Positions 55,936 through 64,000 of a DNA stretch of 64,000 bases are shown in pieces. The translations under genes were made by a program, and so were the position numbers. Below the pieces are notes generated by a model. That model was not told where the DNA came from. It did no database searches and was given only the letters and a program-made list of their open reading frames with translations. Source of the stretch: Escherichia phage 236Ecol005PP; sequence record PP434423.1; one strand, 5' to 3'. Each line of letters starts with the position of its first letter. Position 1 is the stretch's first letter.

Positions 55936-57051
55936 ATGGAAAAATTTATGGCAGAGTTTGGACAAGGATATGTCCAAACGCCATTTTTATCGGAAAGTAA
56001 TTCAGTAAGATACAAAATAAGTATAGCGGGTTCTTGCCCGCTTTCTACTGCAGGACCATACGTTAAATTTCAGGATAATCCTGTCGGAAATCAAACATTT
56101 AGCGCCGGTCTTCATTTAAGAGTTTTTGACCCTTCTACAGGAGCATTAGTTGATAGTAAGTCATATGCTTTTTCGACTTCAGATGATACTACATCAGCTG
56201 CTTTTGTTAGTTTCATGAATTCTTTGACGAATAATAGACTTGTTGCTATATTAACTAACGGAAAAGTTAATTTTCCTCCTGAAGTAGTATCTTGGATAAG
56301 AACCGCAGGAACGTCTGCTTTTCCATCTGATTCTATATTGTCAAGATTCGACGTATCATATGCTGCTTTTTACACTTCTTCTAAAAGAGCTATTGCATTA
56401 GAGCATGTTAAATTAAGTAATAGAAAAAGCACAGATGATTATCAAACTATTTTAGATGTTGTATTTGACAGTTTAGAAGACGTTGGAGCTACAGGATTTC
56501 CTAAAAGAACATACGAAAGCGTTGAGCAATTTATGTCGGCAGTTGGTGGAACTAATAACGAAATTGCGCGATTACCAACTTCAGCTGCTATAAGTAAACT
56601 CTCTGATTATAATTTAATTCCTGGCGATGTGCTTTATCTTAAAGCTCAATTATATGCTGATGCTGATTTACTTGCGCTTGGAACTACAAATATATCTATC
56701 CGTTTTTATAATGCATCTAACGGATATATTTCCTCGACACAAGCTGAGTTTACCGGACAAGCTGGGTCTTGGGAATTAAAGGAAGATTATGTAGTTGTTC
56801 CAGAAAATGCTGTGGGATTTACGATATATGCACAAAGAACTGCACAAGCCGGTCAAGGTGGTATGAGGAATTTAAGCTTTTCTGAAGTGTCAAGAAATGG
56901 AGGTATTTCGAAACCTGCTGAATTTGGCGTCAACGGCATTCGTGTTAATTATATCTGTGAATCTGCTTCACCTCCGGATATAATGGTACTTCCTACGCAA
57001 GCATCGTCTAAAACTGGTAAAGTGTTTGGGCAAGAATTTAGAGAAGTATAA
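55936..57051 (+). CDS. 35: long tail fiber hinge connector
   Basis: 371-aa ORF following gene 34. Confidence 0.8.
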   Translation: MEKFMAEFGQGYVQTPFLSESNSVRYKISIAGSCPLSTAGPYVKFQDNPVGNQTFSAGLHLRVFDPSTGALVDSKSYAFSTSDDTTSAAFVSFMNSLTNNRLVAILTNGKVNFPPEVVSWIRTAGTSAFPSDSILSRFDVSYAAFYTSSKRAIALEHVKLSNRKSTDDYQTILDVVFDSLEDVGATGFPKRTYESVEQFMSAVGGTNNEIARLPTSAAISKLSDYNLIPGDVLYLKAQLYADADLLALGTTNISIRFYNASNGYISSTQAEFTGQAGSWELKEDYVVVPENAVGFTIYAQRTAQAGQGGMRNLSFSEVSRNGGISKPAEFGVNGIRVNYICESASPPDIMVLPTQASSKTGKVFGQEFREV

Positions 57052-57054
57052 ATT

Positions 57055-57080
57055 GAGGGAGCCTTCGGGTTCCCTTTTTC
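57055..57080 (+). terminator. intrinsic terminator after gene 35
   Basis: GGGAGCC-TTCG-GGTTCCC hairpin plus T-run. Confidence 0.5.
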
Positions 57081-57082
57081 TT

Positions 57083-57090
57083 TATAAATA
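57083..57090 (+). promoter_or_regulatory. T4-type late promoter (TATAAATA) upstream of gene 36
   Basis: TATAAATA about 25 nt upstream of ATG. Confidence 0.5.
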
Positions 57091-57113
57091 CTATTAAAAT
57101 AAAGGGGCATACA

Positions 57114-57776
57114 ATGGCTGATTTAAAAGTAGGTTCAACAACTGGAGGCTCTGTCATTTGGCATCAAGGAAATTTTCCATTGAATCCAGCCGGTGACGAT
57201 GTACTCTATAAATCATTTAAAATATATTCAGAATATAATAAACCACAAGCTGCAGATAACGATTTCGTTTCTAAAGCTAATGGTGGTACTTACGCCGCGA
57301 CCGTTCGATTTAATGGAGGAGTACATGTTCCTACTATAGGTAGTAGTCAACAGTGTGGTGTTTATCCAGGTAACGGTGATGCAGCTACTTTTGCTATGGC
57401 AAATATTGACATCGTTTCGTGGAATGGTATTGGTTTTAAATCATCACAAGGTTCAGCAGACCGAACTGTTGTTGTTAACACTCGTACTGGTGATATCAGC
57501 ACTAAGGGTGGTATTTATGCAACTGGACCCGTCCGTTCTAACGTTACGGCTCCAGTTGCAGCAAATGACCTTACTAGAAAGGACTATGTTGATGGAGCAA
57601 TAAATACTGTTACGGCAAATGCGAACTCTAGAGTGTTACGATCTGGCGACACTATGACGGGTAACTTAACCGCACCAAACTTTTTCTCGCAGAATCCTGC
57701 ATCTCAACCTTCACACGTTCCACGATTTGACCAAATCGTAATTAAGGATTCTGTTCAAGATTTCGGCTATTATTAA
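57114..57776 (+). CDS. 36: long tail fiber distal connector
   Basis: 220-aa ORF, T4 gp36 size/position. Confidence 0.8.
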   Translation: MADLKVGSTTGGSVIWHQGNFPLNPAGDDVLYKSFKIYSEYNKPQAADNDFVSKANGGTYAATVRFNGGVHVPTIGSSQQCGVYPGNGDAATFAMANIDIVSWNGIGFKSSQGSADRTVVVNTRTGDISTKGGIYATGPVRSNVTAPVAANDLTRKDYVDGAINTVTANANSRVLRSGDTMTGNLTAPNFFSQNPASQPSHVPRFDQIVIKDSVQDFGYY

Positions 57777-57784
57777 GAGGACTT

Positions 57785-60700
57785 ATGGCTACTTTAAAAC
57801 AAATACAATTTAAAAGAAGCAAAACCGCAGGTGCACGTCCTGCTGCTTCAGTATTAGCCGAAGGTGAATTGGCTATAAACTTAAAAGATAGAACAATTTT
57901 TACTAAAGACGATTCAGGAAATATCATTGATCTAGGTATTGCTAAAGGCGGTCAAATTGATGGAAATGTGACTATTGATGGAACTTTACGCGTCAATGGA
58001 CCAATAAACAACTTTGGAAATTTTTCTACAAGTGGTACTATCACGGCAAGTAATATTGTTTCTGCTACAGTATTCAGATCAACATCCGGTTCATTTTATA
58101 CAAGAGCAATAAATGATACAGCAAATGCCCATCTTTGGTTTGAAAATACAAATGGATCAGAGAGAGGTGTTTTATATTCAAAACCACAGTCTGAAAATGA
58201 AGGCGTAATTACAATGCGTGTTCGCCAAGGAACCGCAGCAGGGGCTCAAAATTCAGAATTTCATTTCATTTCTACTGATGGCGGTATCTTCCAGGCACGC
58301 AAATTAACTGCTTTAACTTCTATTAGTACACCAACTATTAGTGTTAATTTAATTAATCATGATTCTAAAGCCTTTGGACAATATGATTCACAATCTTTGG
58401 TCAACTATGTTTATCCTGGAACCGGTGAAACAAACGGTATAAACTATCTTCGTAAAGTTCGCGCTAAAGCTGCCGGAACCATGTGGCACGAAATCTGTAC
58501 AGCTCAGACCGGCCAAGCAGATGAAATGTCTTGGTGGACAGGTAATACTCCATCATCTAAACAATATGGCATTCGTAATGACGGACGAATGGCAGGCCGT
58601 AATAGCCTTGCATTAGGTACATTCACTACGGGTTTCCCGTCTAGTGATTATGGTAACGTCGGTGTAATGGGCGATAAGTATCTTGTTCTCGGTGACACTG
58701 TAACCGGTCTGAAATATATTAAGCAAGGTGTTTATGATTTAGTTGGTGGAGGTTATTCCGTTGCATCTATTACCCCGGATAGTTTCCGTAGTACTCGTAA
58801 AGCAATATTTGGACGCTCAGAAGACCAAGGTGCAACATGGATTATGCCTGGAACCAACGCTGCGGCTTTATCGGTTCAAACACAAGCTGATGAAAACACT
58901 GCTGGAGACGGCCAGACACATATTGGCTATAACTCAGGCGGTAAAATGAACCACTATTTCCGTGGTAAAGGCAAAACTAATATTAATACTCAAGAAGGCA
59001 TGGAAGTTAACCCGGGTATTCTTAAACTAGTAACCGGTGCTAACAGTATTAGCTTTAACGCTGCAACAGGTAATATTGATTCTACATTAGCTTTTCGTCT
59101 TAATAAAGGTATAATTATTGATGGACCTGATAATCAGGGATTCCAATTTAATGCTCCGACGGCTGTAGATGGTACTAGAAGCATATACTGGAATAGTGGC
59201 ACTCGCGCAGGTCAAAACAAAAACCCTGTTACAGTTAAAGTGTGGGGTAATTCATTTAACGCATCTGGTGATCGTAGTCGTGAAACCGTTTTTGAAGTAG
59301 CTGATGGGCAAGGTTACCATTTTTATTCTCAACGCGTAGCTCCTGCACCTGGTTCGACTGTCGGGCCTATTCAACTCCGAGTTAATGGTGGTTTATTAAC
59401 TTCAGGTAGTATTGTTACTTCTGGTTCTATTACAACCGAATCAAGCTTAGTTGCAAATAATGGATTGTCTGTAAATGGACAAGCTAAATTTGGCGGAACA
59501 GCAAACGCACTAAGAATTTGGAACGCTGAATATGGTGCTATTTTCCGTCGTTCGGAAAGTAACTTTTATATTATTCCAACCAATCAAAATGAAGGCGAAA
59601 GCGGAGACATTCACAGCTCTTTGAGACCTGTGAGAATAGGATTAAACGATGGCATGGTTGGGTTAGGAAGAGATTCTTTTATAGTAGATCAAAATAATGC
59701 TTTAACTACTATAAACAGTAACTCTCGCATTAATGCCAACTTTAGAATGCAATTAGGACAAAACGCTTATATAGATATTGAAGCTTCTGACGGCATTCGT
59801 CCAGCAGGGTGTGGTTCATTTGCATCCCAGAATGACGTAAACGTCAGAGCTCCAATTTATATGAATATAGAGCGTACTGCTACTTCTGAATATATTCCTA
59901 TTGTTAAACAGCGTTATGTGCAAGGTGATAGCACTTATTCTATTGGGACATTAATTAATCAAGGAGATTTCCGTGTTCATTATCACCAGGGAACTAGCAC
60001 CAATGGCGTAGATTTGAGTTGGGAATTCCGTCGCACAGGCGATTTCCGCGCGGCAGGTAAAATTATTGCCGGTGCTGCTACTCTTGGCACTGATGGTAAT
60101 ATCACGGGCGGTTCAGGAAACTTTGCTAACTTGAATACAACTTTAAACCGTAAAGTGAATTCTGGTTTTATTACTTATGGAGCAACTGCAGGTTGGTACA
60201 AGTTTGCAACAGTAACAATGCCTCAAGCTACATCAACCGTTTCAATTACAGTCACTGGCGGAAATGGATTTAATTCTGGATCATTTAATCAGTGCGCAAT
60301 TTCTGAAATTGTTCTTCGTACAGGAAACAATAATCCTAAAGGATTAAATGCTGTTCTATATAGAAGAGGACTAAATTCATTTAGAGATATTGCTTGGGTT
60401 AATACATCTGGTGATACATATGACATTTATGTTAATATGGGAACATATGCTAATCAGTTGATATTTAACTATAGTTCTGTTGATAACGCTACAGTTCAAA
60501 TTATTGGCGCATTCAGTTCAGCCCAAAATCCTGTTGATGCATTGCCAGGAACATATATTAAAGGTCAGGTAGCAGATGTATTAACTAACTTAGTTGATTC
60601 TGGAAAAACGAAACGTTTTGTTGCTGAATCTGAAATAGCTGTTAATAATCAAACTGGATTACGTATTACGAGTAATGGTGATAAATCTGGTTCAAATTCA

Positions 60701-61708
60701 GTATTATTCAGAAATGACGGTGGAAGTTTCTATATTTTACTGACCGACAAAAACTCTTCAGACGGCGATAATAAAGCAACTGAAGGTGATTGGAATGGAA
60801 AACGACCGTTTTCAATTGATATGACTGCTGGTACTGTTCGTCTTGGCGAAAATACTTCTTTTAGTAAAGATGTTACTATTGATGGAAACATTAATTCACG
60901 AGTTAAAGTTGTCGGACAGTGGAATGTTAGCTTTTCTGATATTTCAGATGTGACTCGTGACCGTTCTGCATTTTTAGTGAATACGGGTGCTATAACAGCT
61001 ACAAGCCAATCTTATTATCCATTGTTTTCTGGGTATAGTTATTTGAAAGATACTGGATATTGTCAATCATTTGAATTTGGATGGTTAGGTGTTTCTGGTA
61101 CTTGGCGTCAAGGCATTATTCGCATGCGTGGTGACAGTACATCAGGGCAACAGGCTCGTTGGACTTTTGATATGGACGGAACATTTTATGCTCCTATACT
61201 ATCATGCGGATCTGCGAGAGCATTCGGTGTCAATACATCAAATGGTCTCGGTGGAAACAGTATAACATTTGGTGATAGCGATACTGGTATTAAGCAAAAT
61301 GGCGATGGATTATTAGACATATATGCGAACAACGTACAAGTATTCCGTTTCCAAAATGGCGATTTGTACTCATATAAAAATATAAATGCTCCAAACGTTT
61401 ATATTCGTTCTGATATTCGTTTAAAATCCAACTTTAAACCTATCGAAAACGCACTTGATAAAGTTGAAAAACTTAACGGTGTCATTTACGATAAAGCTGA
61501 ATACATCGGTGGAGAGGCAATTGAAACTGAAGCGGGTATTGTGGCTCAAACTTTACAAGACGTTTTACCAGAAGCTGTCCGTGAAACAGAAGACAGTAAG
61601 GGTAATAAAATACTCACTGTTTCTTCTCAAGCCCAGATTGCTCTTCTGGTTGAAGCTGTGAAAACACTTTCTGCTCGTGTAAAAGAACTTGAATCTAAAC
61701 TTATGTAA
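57785..61708 (+). CDS. 37: long tail fiber distal subunit, T2-type with C-terminal chaperone-like domain
   Basis: 1307-aa ORF (longer than T4 gp37, 1026 aa as recalled); C-terminal about 110 aa (...[26 protein letters not shown]...LESKLM) resembles self-cleaving intramolecular chaperone domains. Confidence 0.85.
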   Translation: MATLKQIQFKRSKTAGARPAASVLAEGELAINLKDRTIFTKDDSGNIIDLGIAKGGQIDGNVTIDGTLRVNGPINNFGNFSTSGTITASNIVSATVFRSTSGSFYTRAINDTANAHLWFENTNGSERGVLYSKPQSENEGVITMRVRQGTAAGAQNSEFHFISTDGGIFQARKLTALTSISTPTISVNLINHDSKAFGQYDSQSLVNYVYPGTGETNGINYLRKVRAKAAGTMWHEICTAQTGQADEMSWWTGNTPSSKQYGIRNDGRMAGRNSLALGTFTTGFPSSDYGNVGVMGDKYLVLGDTVTGLKYIKQGVYDLVGGGYSVASITPDSFRSTRKAIFGRSEDQGATWIMPGTNAAALSVQTQADENTAGDGQTHIGYNSGGKMNHYFRGKGKTNINTQEGMEVNPGILKLVTGANSISFNAATGNIDSTLAFRLNKGIIIDGPDNQGFQFNAPTAVDGTRSIYWNSGTRAGQNKNPVTVKVWGNSFNASGDRSRETVFEVADGQGYHFYSQRVAPAPGSTVGPIQLRVNGGLLTSGSIVTSGSITTESSLVANNGLSVNGQAKFGGTANALRIWNAEYGAIFRRSESNFYIIPTNQNEGESGDIHSSLRPVRIGLNDGMVGLGRDSFIVDQNNALTTINSNSRINANFRMQLGQNAYIDIEASDGIRPAGCGSFASQNDVNVRAPIYMNIERTATSEYIPIVKQRYVQGDSTYSIGTLINQGDFRVHYHQGTSTNGVDLSWEFRRTGDFRAAGKIIAGAATLGTDGNITGGSGNFANLNTTLNRKVNSGFITYGATAGWYKFATVTMPQATSTVSITVTGGNGFNSGSFNQCAISEIVLRTGNNNPKGLNAVLYRRGLNSFRDIAWVNTSGDTYDIYVNMGTYANQLIFNYSSVDNATVQIIGAFSSAQNPVDALPGTYIKGQVADVLTNLVDSGKTKRFVAESEIAVNNQTGLRITSNGDKSGSNSVLFRNDGGSFYILLTDKNSSDGDNKATEGDWNGKRPFSIDMTAGTVRLGENTSFSKDVTIDGNINSRVKVVGQWNVSFSDISDVTRDRSAFLVNTGAITATSQSYYPLFSGYSYLKDTGYCQSFEFGWLGVSGTWRQGIIRMRGDSTSGQQARWTFDMDGTFYAPILSCGSARAFGVNTSNGLGGNSITFGDSDTGIKQNGDGLLDIYANNVQVFRFQNGDLYSYKNINAPNVYIRSDIRLKSNFKPIENALDKVEKLNGVIYDKAEYIGGEAIETEAGIVAQTLQDVLPEAVRETEDSKGNKILTVSSQAQIALLVEAVKTLSARVKELESKLM

Positions 61709-61709
61709 A

Positions 61710-61738
61710 AGAGGGCTTCGGCCCTCTAAGGATTTTTA
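61710..61738 (+). terminator. hairpin/terminator between genes 37 and 38
   Basis: AGAGGGC-TTCG-GCCCTCT hairpin followed by T-rich run; gene 38 ATG follows immediately. Confidence 0.5.
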
Positions 61739-62521
61739 ATGGCAATTGTAGGTGTTCCTGGCTGGATTGGCGAATCTGCCGTGAATGAAACTGGACAACG
61801 TTGGATGGATGCTGCGATGAAAGCAGTTCGTGTTTCAGTTCCCGGTTGGATGAGCTCAATGGCTGGACAATCTAAAGAAATACATTACAGCATTGGTGCT
61901 AGCAATTCTTATAATAAAGACACACTAATAAATTGGATAAAAGCTCAAGGAAGTACTCCTGTTGTTATTACAATTACAGGCAATATCGTTTCTCACTCTA
62001 CCGGCGTTCCGTGTCTGGATTTCCCTAGTTCGTTGACCAACGCATATGTTACGTTGATCATTAACTCCGGTGTGACTGTCTATGGACGCGGTGGCAATGG
62101 TGGTAGTAACGCTGGTGGTGGCGCTGGTGGTAACGCAATTAATAATGGCATCGGTACACGCTTGCGTATTACGAATAATGGTGCAATCGCTGGAGGTGGT
62201 GGCGGTGGTGGCGGCGGTAACTACGGTAGACTATCATTTGGTGGTGGTGGTGGTCGCCCATTCGGTGCTGGCGGGTCTTCCAATCATATGAGTTCCGGTG
62301 CAACCGCTGGCTCCATTTCCGCTCCAGGTAAAGGATCTGCTGGTGAGGGGTCTCTTCATGTATATAAAGGCGGGAATGGCGGTGAAGTTGGCTCTGCTGG
62401 AGGAAGATGTAATATTCAAGGGAACGGTACAGAATATAACGGCGGCGCAGCAGGTAAAGCTGTTACTGGTAATGCTCCAACTTGGACTAAAGTTGGTACA
62501 ATATATGGTTCAAGAGTATAA
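61739..62521 (+). CDS. 38: T2-type tail fiber adhesin with glycine-rich motifs
   Basis: 260-aa ORF with multiple Gly runs (GRGGNGGSNAGGGAGGNA, GGGGGGGGGNYGRLSFGGGGGRPFGAGGS, GGNGGEVGSAGGR) typical of T2/K3-type gp38. Confidence 0.8.
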   Translation: MAIVGVPGWIGESAVNETGQRWMDAAMKAVRVSVPGWMSSMAGQSKEIHYSIGASNSYNKDTLINWIKAQGSTPVVITITGNIVSHSTGVPCLDFPSSLTNAYVTLIINSGVTVYGRGGNGGSNAGGGAGGNAINNGIGTRLRITNNGAIAGGGGGGGGGNYGRLSFGGGGGRPFGAGGSSNHMSSGATAGSISAPGKGSAGEGSLHVYKGGNGGEVGSAGGRCNIQGNGTEYNGGAAGKAVTGNAPTWTKVGTIYGSRV

Positions 62522-62552
62522 TTTTGAATAAATATCCTTAAAAGGAGGGTCT

Positions 62553-63209
62553 ATGGCAGCACCTAGAATATCATTTTCGCCCTCTGATATTCTGTTTGGT
62601 GTTCTAGATCGCTTGTTCAAAGATAACGCTACCGGGAATGTTCTTGCTTCCCGGGTAGCTGTCGTAATTCTTTTGTTTATAATGGCGATTGTTTGGTATA
62701 GGGGAGATAGTTTCTTTGAGTACTATAAGCAATCAAAGTATGAAACATACAGTGAAATTATTGAAAAGGAAAGAAATGCACGCTTTGAATCTGTCGCCCT
62801 GGAACAACTCCAGATAGTTCATATATCATCTGAGGCAGACTTTAGTGCGGTGTATTCTTTCCGCCCTAAAAACTTAAACTATTTTGTTGATATTATAGCA
62901 TATGAAGGAAGACTACCTTCAACAATAACCGAAAAATCACTTGGAGGATATCCTGTTGATAAAACTATGGATGAATATACAGTTCATTTAAATGGACGTC
63001 ATTATTATTCCAACTCAAAATTTGCTTTTTTACCGACTAAAAAGCCTACTCCCGAAATAAATTACATGTACAGTTGTCCATATTTTAATTTGGATAACAT
63101 CTATGCTGGAACAATAACCATGTACTGGTATAGAAATGATCATATAAGTAATGACCGCCTTGAATCAATATGTTCTCAGGCGGCCAGAATATTAGGAAGG
63201 GCTAAATAA
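62553..63209 (+). CDS. t: holin
   Basis: 218-aa ORF with single N-proximal TMD (VAVVILLFIMAIVWY) and large C-terminal domain; T4 T size/position. Confidence 0.85.
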   Translation: MAAPRISFSPSDILFGVLDRLFKDNATGNVLASRVAVVILLFIMAIVWYRGDSFFEYYKQSKYETYSEIIEKERNARFESVALEQLQIVHISSEADFSAVYSFRPKNLNYFVDIIAYEGRLPSTITEKSLGGYPVDKTMDEYTVHLNGRHYYSNSKFAFLPTKKPTPEINYMYSCPYFNLDNIYAGTITMYWYRNDHISNDRLESICSQAARILGRAK

Positions 63210-63482
63210 TTATTTGTTTGTATACATCTCTAGATATCGATATACACCCTCAAAACCCTCGTTGAATTCGTCGATGAGGGTTTTCTTATTTTCTTGGGTT
63301 AATTCAGAAACAATTTTACGGAATGAATTCTGATTCAACTTTCTACCTTCATGCGTTACTCCAATCTCATTCAGAAATGCGATAAAATTAACACGATTCT
63401 CAACAATATCTTCTCTGGAAAATTTAATCAAAATAGATGCAACAGTAATAATTTCACGAACTGTATCAATGTTTTTATTCAT
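63210..63482 (-). CDS. asiA: anti-sigma-70 factor
   Basis: 90-aa ORF MNKNIDTVREIITVASILIKFSRED... matches T4 AsiA as recalled. Confidence 0.85.
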   Translation of the reverse strand: MNKNIDTVREIITVASILIKFSREDIVENRVNFIAFLNEIGVTHEGRKLNQNSFRKIVSELTQENKKTLIDEFNEGFEGVYRYLEMYTNK

Positions 63483-63643
63483 TAACTACACCACTCAATT
63501 AGTTGACTTTATTATAATATCATCAGACGCTTGATTTGTAAACTGGTCTGTGTTATTTTCTTCAAAAATTTTTTCTACGAATTCCTTGAACGACTCACGT
63601 TCCTGAGCTACATTATGCTCGATTACCTTTTCAAGATTATGAC

Positions 63644-63922
63644 TCATTCGAAATAATCTTCAATTTCGTAATCATGGACATAAATCATTATAGTTTTTAA
63701 TACATCATCAATACTTTTTCCTGGAGCTGGAATTACGTAAAAATATCCTGCTTTTGAGAGGTCTTTATAAGTTCCAACCAAGAAATCATTATTCTCAAGA
63801 TGTAGTTCTTCAACTAATTCATCGACAATTGAGTGGTATAAATTTGGTAGAAACTTATATAGCTTTTCTAGAATGTCAATTTTGATTGTATATTGAACCA
63901 CAGATTGAGAATCAATAATCAT
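63644..63922 (-). CDS. arn: possible anti-restriction nuclease Arn
   Basis: 92-aa acidic ORF in the expected position next to asiA; identity not verified. Confidence 0.45.
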   Translation of the reverse strand: MIIDSQSVVQYTIKIDILEKLYKFLPNLYHSIVDELVEELHLENNDFLVGTYKDLSKAGYFYVIPAPGKSIDDVLKTIMIYVHDYEIEDYFE

Positions 63923-64000
63923 AGACCTTCCCCTTATGTTTCTGTTTGCGATTAGATTCTTTAAACGCTTTCTTCTTATCTTTATGAACAGAAGCTTTAT

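Noticed and set aside
63483-63643. Small - strand ORF (about 50 aa, MSHNLEKVIEHNVAQERESFKEF...) between asiA and arn
   Set aside because: Below size threshold and no motif; may be a real small T-even gene but cannot be supported from sequence alone.

Overview
This window reads as a contiguous segment of a T-even (T4-like, Tevenvirinae) coliphage genome, running from the 3' end of the terminase gene 17 through the structural, DNA-metabolism and tail-fiber genes to asiA/arn. Gene order, protein lengths and many sequences match what I recall of T4, but nothing here was checked against a database; all family assignments rest on motif recognition and synteny. Late structural genes are on the + strand behind TATAAATA late promoters; early/middle genes are on the - strand. 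No rRNA, tRNA or CRISPR was seen. The window differs from the T4 arrangement as I recall it in several places, which are the main findings: (1) nrdA is split into two ORFs by an HNH homing-endonuclease gene, with the catalytic Cys motif on one piece and the CTLSAF/C-terminal Cys pair on the other; (2) a Dam-family N6-adenine methyltransferase sits between nrdB and the nrdA pieces; (3) pseT carries a perfect in-frame 141-bp tandem duplication that doubles the DxDGT phosphatase motif; (4) td has a compact ~254-nt ORF-less group I intron while nrdB is uninterrupted; (5) a ~350-bp GC-enriched non-coding island lies between rIII and the next ORF; (6) a ~53-bp early-promoter/inverted-repeat cassette occurs twice; (7) a frameshifted paralog of the alt N-terminus lies next to alt; (8) the distal tail fiber is T2-type (long gp37 with C-terminal chaperone-like domain plus glycine-rich gp38). 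CDS coordinates follow the supplied ORF track; promoter, terminator and repeat coordinates were read by eye and may be off by a few bases.
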